DNA of 64,000 nt from Takakia lepidozioides (taxonomy: Eukaryota; Plantae; Bryophyta): the NCBI GenBank assembly GCA_030704615.1, contig CM060731.1, positions 27,218,001-27,282,000 on the forward strand, read 5' to 3'. The position numbers and the translations under genes were made by a program. Below are positions 37,476-50,499 of this stretch, in pieces. The notes below the pieces were generated by a model. The model was given only the letters and a program-made list of their open reading frames with translations. It did no database searches and was not told where the DNA came from. Every line of letters begins with the position of its first letter. Positions within the stretch are counted from its first letter, which is position 1.

Positions 37476-38804
37476 CAAAGGCTCCAAAAATTTGCCAAAA
37501 CTTGGCCTTCAAGGACCGCAAATAGTCCTCCAAACAGTCATCCAAATACCTCTTCAAGAGCTCTTCAAAGTGGCTTACAAAATATCCTTAAAGTGTCTTC
37601 CAAAAGCTCCCCAAAGGATCCCAAAGATCCCCCAAACAATCTTCCAAAGGCCCTTGAAAATCCTCCAAAAAGCCCTATATTGTCTTTACATGTTCCCAGC
37701 CTATAGTGACCGTTTCCACACTTTGGTGACTGTTCCTACACTTTGATGATTGTCCCACACTTTGGTGACCGCTCCCACGCTTTGGTGACGGTTCCCACAC
37801 TTTGATGACTGTTTCCATGCACCTAGGGTTTCATGTGCATCTCATGCTAGGGTTTGTGCTTGCTATTTGTGCTTCCTTGAGCTTCATGCTTGATCTCCTC
37901 AAGCATCCATGACTTCTATGTGATACCAAAGCAAGCTCCCTTGCTCTTCTTCACCTCAAGCAGCTGCTTGGTTCCATCTCACCTAGCAATGCATTTGCCA
38001 CACAACAAGCTTTACTTCTCTTTGGAGCTCAAGAATCAAGCTTTTTACCTCATTTGACAATCAACTAAGTCTTGCACTCATTTCTTTGGCCATCCACACA
38101 CATGCTCCACTCTTGGGTTCTCCAAGCATCAATACATCTCCATCTCATGCAAAGAGGAAGATTCAAGTCCTTTCACTTGCTAGCTCAAGTGCCGTGCTCT
38201 CCTCAAACTTAAGGTTGAAACCCCAACTATATGCTTTACAAGTGCTTTTCCTTCACCTAAGTGGAAACCAGCCCTTTTCCTTCCTTCTTGCTCTCCAAGG
38301 CTTGAAAATAGAAGCCTCAATAGGCTGAAAACATGCTCCACAAAAGCATCACCTCATACACAAAGGAATGAACTTGTTCCCTTCACCTTCTAGCTCTCCT
38401 CAAGCTTGAAGTTGGAAGCCACACTTGGAAAGCATGCTCCACACATGCGCCACTTGCTTGGTCAACCACTTGCTTCACCAAGAGCAATCCAAGAACTCAT
38501 AACACTAGCAAAAGCACTCCCTTCTAGCGCCAAGGTTAGCTTGCTTATTTGTCAACCAAATGAAAACCCCACTTGGCTTCATTTCACCATGGATAGAACA
38601 ACCACTTCTTAGCTTCTCTTTTGTTGTACTCATTCTATGGTGTTTCCAACCCAAGCATGTGCCGCTCTTTAGCTTCTCTTTCACACCATGAACAACTAGA
38701 GCTTGCTCTTGAAACCCTAGTGCATATCTTCTCCACACACAAGACGCTTCTCTTGTGATGCAAGAGCTCTTCTCCAAGCTCTCAAACCCTTAGTGCACAT
38801 ACAA

Positions 38805-39535
38805 TGTTGCGGCCCTTTGCCTTGAGGGCAGGGGGTCGGGACGTAGAGGGGCTGCCCCTGTGGTGGGAGCGGTGGCAGCAATAGGTCGGGGGGGGGGGGC
38901 TGAAGCAACCTTGAGTGCCCAAGGCACTCAAGGAGGCAGAGGCACTCACTAGGTGGAGCCCCGCACACCGGGTTGCGGTGGGGGTGGCTCCACAAGGGGT
39001 GGTGGTAGCTTAGTGGGACCTAGTGGGGGTGACATAGGACTCACCATGGGGGCGGAGACCTTGTGGTGGGAGTCGTGGGGAGTCTTGGGACTCATCACGG
39101 TCCAAGGGGACCGTGGTGGGTGGGCCAAGATTCACCACGACTCATCACCGGGAATTGAGGGTTTTCATGGTGGTTCGCCATAAAATGGTGGTGTTGTTTG
39201 TGAAACCCCCGCGGACAGTCACAGAAGTATATATAGGGAGTAGTAACCCCGAGAACAGTGCAAGCCCGTTGGTGACCAAAAACTAGTGAGTAAGCGTGCG
39301 AGCCGGAAAGCGACCAAGGTGTGGGGAGCTATTCCGGACTCCCATCGACCAAAGGGAATTTCCATTAGGCCCAAATTGGGAGAGGGTCTTGTGGAGGAGT
39401 AAAGGGGGACCGTTATGTCCCGGTGAGCAGCCGAAGCTCCAAGTTGGCCCGGCGGCCAGTTAGGGAGTTAGGCGCGCGCACCAAAGCGAGTAACTATGAC
39501 TTAAAGGGGAGTTTACCGAAGTGAGGTGCGTGACA
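38805..39535 (+). repeat. 5' LTR of the chromovirus-like element
   Basis: TGTTGC start at a sharp break from the family B leader, GTGACA end, then Met PBS; partner LTR outside window. Confidence 0.75.
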
Positions 39536-39590
39536 CTTGGTATCAGAGCTTAGAGTTCAGTACGCGATCATCCTTGGGACCGGCCTCATC

Positions 39591-41488
39591 ATGGGGTCGG
39601 GCAAGCCAAAGCAAAAGCGGAACGGCCCGAAAGATGATGATCCTGGTGAGCCCAATGGGGGCGACGTGTCACCGAAGCAGCCATTTGAGGAAGCGATACA
39701 TGCTTTTGAAAATGAGGCCACTCAAGAACGGGAGGAATCTGAGGAGTCGAAGCCCGAGGAATCCCTGAGAGCTCCGACAGACCAATAGATGTCTCCCATG
39801 CCAGCAGCCTTTTGGGAAGGGTTGTTGGCGCAGTTTGGCGGGACGTTGAAGACGTGTTGAAGGCGGCTAATGTCACTTCCACTAGGGCAAAGTTTAAGGT
39901 GAAGCCTAAGGAACCCGACACCCTTGAGGGGGTCCGAAATCGGAAGGCACTCAACACCTGGCTCTTGGAGCTAGAGCAGTACTTCCGGGCGGCCAAGTTG
40001 AGTGACGAGGATCGGGTGGAAGTGGCTCCCACCTATTTGATGGGCTATGCTCAACAATGGCGGCAGAAACGCCTTCACGATCGAGGTCCAAACCCGGAAA
40101 CCTTGAACTGGAGTGGGTTCAAGGAACTAATGAAGAGACAGTTTGTGCCCCTCAACGCGTCCTGGCTCGCCCGAGACAAGATGAGGAATTTGAAGCAAAC
40201 GGATGACATTCGGGGATATGTTCAGGCCTTCAATGTGCTGTTGCTCGAAATCGCGGACATGGCAGCACCAGAAATGGTCTTCAACTTTGTGGCAGGACTG
40301 GCCCGATGGGCCAGACAGAAGTTGGAGGAGAAGCCACCTAAGACTTTGAACGAGGCAATTGAAAAGGCTGAATGTTTCTCGGATGTCCCTAGGGGCGAAA
40401 GACAAGGCCGTACGGAGCTGAACCACAAGAAGACCCGGCGGGAGGGTGACTCTTTCGACCGGAAAAGAAGTAGGATAGGCCATGCGGCGACAATGGCACG
40501 GGGAAATCAAAGGGAGGTCCTTCACACGCCAAGACGACACCCGGTGCTCCGAAAGGAAAATCAGGTGCTACGCCTTATGGCGGACAAAAAACGACCTTCG
40601 ATGGAGTGTGCTTCAATTGTGGGGAGCCCGGGCACACGGCCAAGAAGTGTACGAACCCCCAACAATTGAACATGACTCGGGCAACCACGGAGTTATCCGA
40701 AGCTTCCATCAGCCGCTTGGTGGAGGTGGTGGTCGCCAAGACTTGCAAGGTAGGCAACTACTCTTATGGGTTATATCAGGAAACTGGCGCCTTGCGTAAA
40801 GGGAGTCAGTTAATGTTTGTGAGTGGGATAATCTCCGGAACTATTGTGTCGTTGTTGGTGGACACATGAGCGTCGCACTCCTTCATGACACCGGCAACGG
40901 CACGGAAGCTGAGACTCCCGACAAGTGATGTGGGGGCCTCCATTGAGGTGCGTTCTGCTAAAGGAGAACCACAATTGGCGACGAGGTCGGCGTTCGATGT
41001 TCCTCTTCAGCTCGGGAGTTGGGAGGGACGTGAGAACTTCACCATTTGCGAGATCGATGGAGTGGATCTCATTTTGGGGATGACATTTTTGAGCAGATCC
41101 GGAGCGGTCATAGATGGCCGCAAGAGAGTAGTCACGCTACCGTGTGGGAATGGTGACGAAGTTTTACGAGTTTCAGAAGCGCCCAACCCAGTGGGATGAC
41201 GAATAAACGTGCTATCAGCAAAGGAGTGGGCGGTGGAGGAGCCACACGAGCCCCAGTTTTTGCTTTACGTTAGACAAGTGAAGGGAGAAGGCGATGGGGA
41301 GCCAAGCCTAGATTGGATCAAGGGGATTTTGGAGAAATACCAAGATGTGATGCCGGAGGATTTACCGAGCGGCTTGCCACCGCGAAGGGGAGTTGACCAC
41401 AAGATTGAGGTGATACCGGGATCGGAGCCACCTGCCAAGGCGCCCTACCAGTTGAGCCACAGGGAGTTGGTCGAGTTGAAGACTCAGC
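39591..41488 (+). pseudogene. gag (capsid, CCHC knuckle), protease and start of RT, with frameshifts/stops
   Basis: WLLELEQYF, CFNCGEPGHTAKKC, LVDT*ASHSF, LPPRRGVDHKIE. Confidence 0.88.
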
Positions 41489-41945
41489 GGGGGCTGCTAT
41501 TTCATGAGCCATGAGCGGCATGAGCCATGAGCAGAGTCGTAAGTGTCGAAAAAAACATGAGCAGGACTATTTTCTGGAAATGAGTGTCTGCGGGAATAGG
41601 GTTTAGGGTGTCACGGTCATAGGGGGAGAAGGACCTCCCGATGAAGGAGGTTCGGCAATGTTTTTTAGAATTACATATTGAAAGACAATGTTTCGCGAAT
41701 GGTAGGATGGTACTGCTCTGTACAGTGGGGGCCCATTTCAGCCTACCAGCCACTTGCAAAATCCACCCACACTCCCAATCCCAAACGAAATGAAGAATGA
41801 TGCATTCTGGGAACGATGGATACAGAATAGAGCAAAACAGACGGCACTATGGGGTTTTTATCGATCCACATGAATTGCATTTGAAGCACGTCTACTGTGC
41901 TGATTGTGCAAACAAATCTTTAGCCCTGTGCCTTCTGATTACAAG

Positions 41946-42659
41946 TCACGTTGTCAATGGGACTTCGATTGCTCTGAAAACTAGCTCATGAGTCATCGGG
42001 CTCCTCCAGATAAACTGGATTGCAGCCGTTGTACCGCCCCTGTTGATGTTCACCACAATGTCGTGCCCTTCAATCATACCACCATCGAATATGGAAAGCT
42101 TCACGTTTTCGTCGTCCACACCAATGCAAATGTCCCCATACAATGGAGAAGAGGAGCGCACTCCTTCAGGAGTATACATCTCTCCGATGGAGTCCACCCA
42201 CGTCCACAGGCAGCAGTTCCACCGCAACAGCATAATAGTGCACATTCTTCTGCATGGGTGCTCGTCGTAGCTGGGAAAATCAGAATCAAGGATGCACAGG
42301 AGCCACAGACTCCTCAGACCAAGATCGTCACCCCGCTCAAAGGCGTAGTGGCCTGGGATATACTCAAAAGCGGACAATGGTTCCACATTCGAACCAGTAT
42401 CTTCTGTGTAAACTGTGTACCAGATAACGATGTCTCCCGATGTGGCTGAATACATTGCATAATCGAAGCCTCCATAAGGGCAGTTGTCCCGGTTCCGGAA
42501 GCACGACATCCTTGCAAAGGAGGACTTGAGGACGTCCTTGATGCCGATGACAATGACCTTGCGGACAACAACGAAGCCCTTAGATTTTCGAAATGATGAG
42601 AAGCGGAAGAGTTGTGCGGGCTCCAATAATGGAGCATCTGGGTCCCACGTACCCACCAA
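41946..42659 (-). CDS. Hypothetical protein, paralog of 43036..43644
   Basis: 237-aa ORF aligning by eye along its length with the divergent ORF (RMSC.RN..NCPY.G.DYAM, RWNCC.WT, YGDI, GHDIVV, ELV.RAIE.P). Confidence 0.7.
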   Translation of the reverse strand: MVGTWDPDAPLLEPAQLFRFSSFRKSKGFVVVRKVIVIGIKDVLKSSFARMSCFRNRDNCPYGGFDYAMYSATSGDIVIWYTVYTEDTGSNVEPLSAFEYIPGHYAFERGDDLGLRSLWLLCILDSDFPSYDEHPCRRMCTIMLLRWNCCLWTWVDSIGEMYTPEGVRSSSPLYGDICIGVDDENVKLSIFDGGMIEGHDIVVNINRGGTTAAIQFIWRSPMTHELVFRAIEVPLTT

Positions 42660-43035
42660 TCATCGTGTAACGTGTTCATCACGCCAATGGTGGACGAACC
42701 GATACCTCTTTCTCATCCACGGGGTATAGTTTGAAATCTGCCACCGAAGTCCATCCCCCGGATGGAAATTCGGCGCCGCATTTACATCGAAGGGGGGATG
42801 GACTTCGTCGTCTCGAGTGGCTATAGGCCCATCTGGCACTTACTGCCCATAGTTTGCATGGCAGGAAAGGAAATTGAAACGGCTACATTCATGGAGCAGC
42901 CAATCTTCATCCGTGCAGGTTCCTGTAGGGGGGAAATTTAAATGTGCCCTGGAGTGTTTGTGAGGAATTGTAGCGTTTGCTTGAACTTCTTCCAGCCACC
43001 GTGCTGCTGCCTCCTCCATCCGGGAGCTGCTGTCA

Positions 43036-43644
43036 TTGAGCGTACTCCGCTACTCTTTTTCAAGGATGTCGTGCCGTCGAAATCCTGCTAACTGCCCTTA
43101 TCATGGCCACGATTATGCTATGTTCAAACCAGAATCAGGAGACATCATTGTCTGGCTCTCTGTTTTCACAGACGCTTCTGGAATCAAGCGGGAGTCTTTG
43201 CGCGCAATGGAGTATTTGGAGGGCTATTACCGCTTTGAGCGAGGTGAGGGCGAGGGTCAATGCAGTCCGTGGGTCCTGAAAATTGTTGACCTCGATATAC
43301 CGAGGTGGAATGGGATGCCGGACAGATCACGCACGGCCTCACTTTGGCGCTGGAACTGCTGCCAGTGGACCAGGGAGGACGGCATCGGGGAAAACTATAT
43401 TCGTGGAGTTCACTCCGCTCTTCCAGTGTATGGAGACATTCGGCTGAGTTGCGAAGACGAATCGCACGGGCACATGAGGCCCACAGTGACCTTGTCAATG
43501 TATGATGGTGATATGATTGATGGGCATGACATTGTCGTCAGCTCCACCAAGGGCACCAGATCGACCGCATTGCAGTTTACCTCGAGGTGCCGCATCAGTA
43601 ATGAGCTTGTTTTGAGGGCTATCGAAATTCCGTCCACTTGGTGA
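43036..43644 (+). CDS. Hypothetical protein, paralog of 41946..42659
   Basis: 202-aa ORF, same conserved motifs and stop position. Confidence 0.7.
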   Translation: MSVLRYSFSRMSCRRNPANCPYHGHDYAMFKPESGDIIVWLSVFTDASGIKRESLRAMEYLEGYYRFERGEGEGQCSPWVLKIVDLDIPRWNGMPDRSRTASLWRWNCCQWTREDGIGENYIRGVHSALPVYGDIRLSCEDESHGHMRPTVTLSMYDGDMIDGHDIVVSSTKGTRSTALQFTSRCRISNELVLRAIEIPSTW

Positions 43645-43919
43645 CGCCCATGTAAAAGGAGGAAGGGCTTAGATTTGTGTGGAGTTGCTAAATGTGAGAC
43701 ACCGTGTTCGATCAATAAAACAACCCATCGTACCTCACTTCTGTGTGCTTGTGTTTCATTGTGTTCAAGAACTACCGTAATTGACCCACTGTTTACAATT
43801 TGTGGTCTCATTACTACAATGTGTCTGTCCATATGAATATACCAAAGTCAGAGATATCAGAGTCCTGAGGTGAAGGAAATCCATGTATGAGTAAAAGGAA
43901 ACATGTACATGCCGAAGCT

Positions 43920-46113
43920 CGGAAATTCGGCACCGCATTTCATTTTTCTCCATGCAGCGATTTCTGGCAGCTCCCTTTCCTCCGTTGTGGTCGTAACGGA
44001 AATGCTGTACAACATTTCATTTCTTGACATGGCATTACCATACTTCAAATTGGAAATGCGGCACCGCATTTCCATATTGGACCTGGAATTGTCCAAGCAT
44101 GTCCAATCGCTAATGCTTGTCCATGTCCATACTGGAAATGCGGCACCGCATTTCCATGTCCATCATCGAAATTTCGTACTGGACAATGGAATGCGGTGCC
44201 GCATTTCCGTCGAAGGGTCTGGAAATGGACAAACAACGATGTCCGTTCTGAAAATGCGGCACCGCATTTCCATGTCCGTTATCAAAATTTCGTATTGGAC
44301 AAAGGAATGCAGTGCCGCATTTCCGTCTAGCTAGACGGAATACTCACACGGGTCTGGAATTGGACAAACAACGATGTGGGCCTTGGAAATGCGGCGACAC
44401 ATTTCCATGTTTGGCAATCGAAAGTTCTTATTGGACAATGGAATGCGGTGCCGCATTTCCGTCCAAGGGTCTGGAATTGGACAAACAACGATGTCCGTTC
44501 TGGAAATGCGGCACCGCATTTCCATGTCCGTCATCAAAATTTCGTATTGGACAATGGAATGCGGTGCCGCATTTCCGTCCAACAAGACGGAATGCCCACA
44601 CGGGTCTGGAATTGGACAAACAACGATGTATGTTTTGGAAATGCGGCACCGCATTTCCATGTTTGGCAATCGAAAGTTCTTATTGGACAATGTAATGCGG
44701 TGCCGCATTTCCGTCAAAGGGTTTGAAATTGGACACTTGGGTTCGAAGGGCTTGGACGAAAGTGTCTCCTCGTGGACTATGCGTCATTACGAAATTCGAA
44801 TCGTCAAGGGTACGCCTGCCGTCCGAAAAAAAAACATCATTATTCAACGGTCAGGCCGCGCCGCCTCCTGCCACTTCAGTAAGATAGAGTGCAGACATGT
44901 GCCGCAATTCCGTTGGTCCACGTCTTCACATATCATGGCATTTCCGTCCCAGCGTCTGATGAGTTAGAGTGAAAATGCAAATGCGGCGCCGGATTTCTGT
45001 TAAGTACCATCCCGAAGCTACACATACAGTACTTGTTGGACGAAAATGCGGCACCGCATTTCCGTTCCACCTTCACATACCTTAGTTGTTGAACGGAAAT
45101 GCGGTGCCGCATTTCCGATTTGGAGAGTATGAAGGTCTCACACGGACGGAAATGCGGCACCGCATTTCCGTCCCACAGCTCCATGCCTAAGATACAACAG
45201 GGAAATGCGGCGCCGCATTTCCGTCCCACAGCTCCATGCCTCAGATACAAAACGGAAATGCGGCGCCGCATTTCCGTTCTGGAATGTCGGAAGGTGCGAC
45301 TCGGACGGAAATGCGGTGCCGCATTTCAGTTCCGATGGTTCACATTTCAGTCAGAACGGAAATGCGTACCGCATTTCCGTTCTGGAGAGTGAATGTCTCA
45401 CCCGGACGGAAATGCGGTGCCGCATTTCTGTCCCACAGCTCCATGCCTCATATACAAAACGGAAATGCGACGCCGCACTTCCGTTCTGGAATGTCGGAAG
45501 GTGCGACTCGAACGGAAATGCGGTGCCGCATTTCAGTTCCGGTGGTTACGATTTTTAGAACGGAAATGCGGTACCGCATTTCCGTTCTGGAAAGTATGAA
45601 GGTCTCCCCCGGACGGAATGCGGTGCCGCATTTCCGTCCCACAGCATGCCACAGATACAAAACGGAAATGTGGCGCCGCATTTCCGTTCTGGAATGTCGG
45701 AAGGTGCGACTCGGACGGAAATGCGGTGCCGCATTTCCGTCCCACAGCTCCATGCCACAGATACAAAACGGAAATGCGGCGTCGCATTTCCGTTCTGGAA
45801 TGTCGGAAGGTGCGACTTGGATAGAAATGCGGTGCCACATTTCAGTTCCGGTGGTTCATGATTTTCAATCAGAATGGAAATGCGGTACCGCATTTCCGTT
45901 CCACCTTCACATACCTTAGTTGTTGAACGGAAATGTCGTGCCGCACTTCCGTTTTGGAGAGTATGAAGGTCTCACCCGGACGTAAATACGGTGCCGCATT
46001 TTCGTCCCACAGCTCCATGCCTGAGATACAAAACGGAAATGCGGCGCCGCATTTCCGTTGTGGAATGTCGGAAGGTGAGACTCGGACGGAAATGTTGTGC
46101 CGCATTTTAGTTC
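43920..46113. repeat. Array of palindromic repeats GGAAATGCGG(CA/TG)CCGCATTTCC with spacers, left block
   Basis: About 35 copies; ~53-bp period from 45044 to 46110. Confidence 0.92.
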
Positions 46114-46117
46114 TAGT

Positions 46118-46824
46118 TGTCGTGCGCATACATATCGCTACACAACTACATCGCTGTCCAAAACCACACAACACATGTGCACACCACACACTAGTATACC
46201 ACTAGTCTACCACTAGTCCAGCCACTAGTCCAACCACTAGGCTACAACTAGTCAGTCACTAGGCTGCCACTACGCTGCCCACTATGGCAGTCACTAGTCC
46301 ACACAATAGATAAAGAAGAAGAATACAAGCACAAGCTCATGCGAGCTCACAAAGCTGAAGCATAAACTCATGCATATAAATCCTCATCACTCAAATACAA
46401 GTCAAGCCAAGTGCACCCCACGCCATGGGGAATCCACACTACGGCGCCATAGCTAGGCGCGGTGAGGCTCAACTCGAGAAAGATGAGCCTCCCGCGCTTG
46501 CCGTGAAGATACCACTCCAGGGCCTAAATCTGCCTTGACCCCTGGATTGACACTTGGGCCAATCCCAAATGTCAATATGTAAAAGCTAGCTATTTCCTAG
46601 CTAGTTTCACACTAGTGGTAAAATAACTTGACAGCTGTCGTGCGCATACATATCGCTACACACTACATCGCTGTCCAAAACCACACAACACATGTGCACA
46701 CCACACACTAGTATACCACTAGTCTACCACTAGTCCAGCCACTAGTCCAACCACTAGGCTACAACTAGTCAGTCACTAGGCTGCCACTACGCTGCCCACT
46801 ATGGCAGTCACTAGTCCACACAAT
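46118..46824 (-). repeat. 3' terminal repeat block B-A-B with palindromic GACAGCTGTC junction (46630-46639)
   Basis: Direct sequence comparison of the repeats. Confidence 0.9.
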
Positions 46825-47082
46825 CGCCCCCCTAGCTGGTGCTTAGGTCCCTCTAAGTCCAGGTAGCCACAAGATGTGATAGTGACCATAGCCTCACTAA
46901 GTCCTCCACCACTATCCCTACTACACTCAAACTCGATAGATCAAGAGGCCGGGTGCAAGAGTTGCCCCATCGTTAGTCGCCGTCTTGCAACCTGTGAACT
47001 TGAGCTTGGGATCTCATGTATTGACTCCTATGAGCTTGGCCTCCCATGTCTTGTTAGCTGCCTCCAGTCATGTCCACTGCCA

Positions 47083-50000
47083 CTATCCCAAGCAGTGTGG
47101 ACACAACCAATCTCCGTCAGGAACCTTCTCAAGAGGTGGTGTCAAGCATCCCATATGCCAACCCCTTGAGCACCGATCACACACCAGCATGGTGGCTGCC
47201 CCTTTGGCAGACCCACAGAGCATGCACCTCAAACCTGCAGGTACCACTGCCAAGTTTGGGTCAACTCTGCCATCGACATTGGGAAGGTGACATGGCGCAC
47301 AATTACGCACATGGTCTTTCCAAGTCATGCCATCCCGACCCTCTAAGATCAGGACCCCTGAGGGCAACACCTCTCGAACCCTCAGAATAACACGCCCTGC
47401 AGTAACATCCAGAGTCGTAGGAGCAGTCTGCTGCAAATAAACATAGTCACCAGGGCTAAACCTCCGAACCCCAGGACGATATCCTCCACCACGTATAGTG
47501 GCATACCTCAACGTATCACGGTGCTGTGCAATGGCAAGGTTCTCAAAAGCCATGGGCATGACTTTCTTGAACAACTCTGCACGCTGATCACATGCACGTA
47601 CCCACACGTCCGGATCGTCAAGGTTAAGGACTTGAGCAGTGTCCCTACGAATGGCTGCAGGCAAATCCGGCTCTCGGCCAAAGAGAAGGAAATATGGTGA
47701 GAAGGAGGCAAGTGATGCTTGTTTGCTGAACCTGTAGCCCATGGCTAACCAAGGAACCTGAAGATCCCAATCTCCTAGGTGTCCCTTCTGCAAGCCATAC
47801 TTGCGCAAACCCCTCTTCACCGTCTGAACAACTCTCTCTGCTAAGCCATCGGCCTCAGGATGATCCCGAGAAGTGGTGCGGTGGTCTATCAAGGCTTTAT
47901 CACACAAAGCCTGAAACTCCCCCAAGAACTCTCTCCCTTGGTCCGTGAGTACCAGCTGGAGCACCAAATCGGCTAAGCACACGATCCAAGAATGCATACG
48001 CAGCCCCCTCACTAGCCTTGTCAGGCAATGGAACCAACTCAATCCACTTGGAGAAGTGCTCCACCATCACCAACACATATCTGTGGTGGCGCATAGTCAG
48101 TGGCAACGGTCCTGCGAAGTCAAGACTCCACCTGTAGCCCAATCCCATGATAGGTAAAGGATGCAACTGTGGTGTAGGGGCGTTGAATGAAGCACGCACC
48201 CTGTCACACACCATGCACCTAGCCACAACTGTTGCACCTCTGTATGCATACCACGCCACCAATACTGCCCCTGCAGTAAACTGTGAGTGCGTCGCACTCC
48301 AAAATGCCCCAACTCCTCATGGGCATGCCGCACTAACCGTGCACGCTGTGTGGGGTGAGGCACAATCCTCACCCGACCATCCTCCCACACTCGAAGTAGG
48401 TGTATCCCCTCCCACTTGAACCTCTTGGCTCGTTGCAGGATCCGATCCCTCTCCCTGGCAGTCACAACCGTGTCTCCCGTGCGGAGGTAGTCCAACACAG
48501 CCGAATCCTCATGTATATCTCTGGCACCACCTAGCTCATCACTAGCCTCAGGGTCCTCAGACACTCCGTCTACAGTCATCCCTGTTGTAGGTCCAATCTG
48601 ACCTCCCGATGCCAAGATACACAAAAATGCAGATGCGTGCCATCCCGCACCATCTCCTCGTCCCGTCTCACCATGCCACCGAGCTCCAGTGTCATCCTGC
48701 TGGCTCATGCATGGATTGCGACTCAATCCATCCGCATCCCGATTGACCAAACCCGGTCGATGCACAACCTGAAAGTCATACTCCTGGAGTATAAGTGCCC
48801 ACCGTGCAAGCTTCCCCGTAAGCTTGTCTGACTCCATCAACCACTTGAGTGGCTGGTGATCCGTGACAAGGGTGAAAAATTGCCGTATAGATAGCACCTG
48901 AAGTGTGCCACGGCCCACACTGCAGCTAAGCACTCTCCCTCATATGAGCTGTACTTAGCCTCTGCAGCGTTGTTCGAGCGGCTAGCGTAAGCCACTACGA
49001 ACTCTCTTCCCTCATCATCCACCTGTGTGAGCACCGCTCCAAGCCCCAGCATGCTCCAATCCGTATGCAGCTGAAAGGGACGCCCCCTGATAGGTCGTCT
49101 CAAGATAGGCGCCGAGGTCAACCTCGCCTTGAGCTCTTGAAAAGCTCGTTCCTGCTCATCTTCCCACTGCCACTCCTGGTCCACCTTGGTCAGCTTGGTT
49201 AGAGCCTTTGCAATGGTACTAAATCCCTTGACAAACCGTCTATAATAGTTTGCCAACCCCATGAAAGCTCGAACTCGGCTCACATCCGTGGGGCGTGGAA
49301 TTTGTGCAATGGCCTCTACCTTAGTCTGCTGTACCCCCAATCCTCCAGGATATATCATGTGACCCAGATACTCAATCTGGTTGTGGAAAAACTTGCACTT
49401 CCCCGGATGCAACTTCAATCCGTGCGCTCTCAAGCGCTCCAATACCACCTGAAGGTGTCTCTCATGCTCCTCCATCGTAACACTAAAGATGATGATGTCA
49501 TCTATGTAGCACCGAGCAAAGTCCACCCCTGCTAGAATCCTATCCATGACTCTCTGAAACTCTGCAGGAGCATTCTTAAGCCCAAATGGTAAGAACCGCC
49601 ACTGATATAGGCAATCCTTGCCGTGCTCATTGATCCCCCAGAATGCCGTCTTCTGCTTGTCCGCCTCCTTGATTGGCAACTGGTGATATCCGGATCGTAA
49701 ATCCAAAGTGCTAAAGGCCTTAGCATGCCCGATGGCATCAAAGATCTCCTCTGGTGTTGGCATGGCATACTTATCGGACTTGGTCTGACGATTTACAGGC
49801 CGGTAATCACCGCACATACGTCTCTCCGTCCAATTGCCATAGACATCCTTCTTGGCTGGCATCACTGTGGCTGAAGCATACTCTCCACCAGAGAGCTCCA
49901 CCAAACCTGCCTCCCAGAGATCTTGAGTCCTCATCTGAATCAAAGACCTCTCCATGTCACTGTATCTATAGGGTCTCCGAAAGATTGGCGTGTCAGTGGC

Positions 50001-50100
50001 CAACTCAATACGGATCTCTTGACCCTTCAGTGCTCCCAAGTCCTTCAAACTGAAGGCAAAGCAATTCCTGTAAGCCCTCAGGAACCGCCGTATACGTCGT
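47083..50100 (-). pseudogene. Family B copy 2 pol: RT, RNase H, integrase, C-terminal PHD finger (few frameshifts)
   Basis: [62 protein letters not shown]. Confidence 0.93.
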
Positions 50101-50499
50101 CTCTCTCTCCTCCGGTGACAATGGGTCCAATGTCAGGCTCCCAATTGTCCTCCGTAACTACAACCTTAAGTCCAGTGGGCTTAGAGGTAGAGGACGCGTC
50201 CCGTGGTTGCTATGCTGCAACCTCTTGAGCAGTACTCCCTACCTGCTCAGTCAATGACAAGGCCTCATCCTGCCCCATCATCTCATCCTTGAGGACCTCC
50301 TCAACCGAGAAGAATCCCCAACCTCATCCATCACAGCCGCCTTGGCTGCCAACTCCCTCTGAACCTCGAGCACCTCCCACGTGTGCCATGGATGCATGCA
50401 CCCCGTGGTCCTCACATGCTCGCCCCCACTCACTGCCTGTACCGTCTCGGTAGGCAGAGAGACCATTGAGGGAAGTGTATTCCGCACTCTGCGTTGCTC

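Larger units (their letters stand above)
14310..38804 (-). mobile_element. Family B copy 1: degenerate gypsy with Gag-PR-C5 methyltransferase-RT-RH-IN-PHD; interrupted by 16801-31720 and cut off by the element at 38805
   Basis: Terminus TGTCGTGC as in copy 2; colinear homology with 46118-57958 across pol, MTase, gag and leader. Confidence 0.88.

Noticed and set aside
43903-46205. Many overlapping ORFs (EMRHRIS / GNAAPHF / RKCGAAF)
   Set aside because: Translations of the palindromic array in all frames
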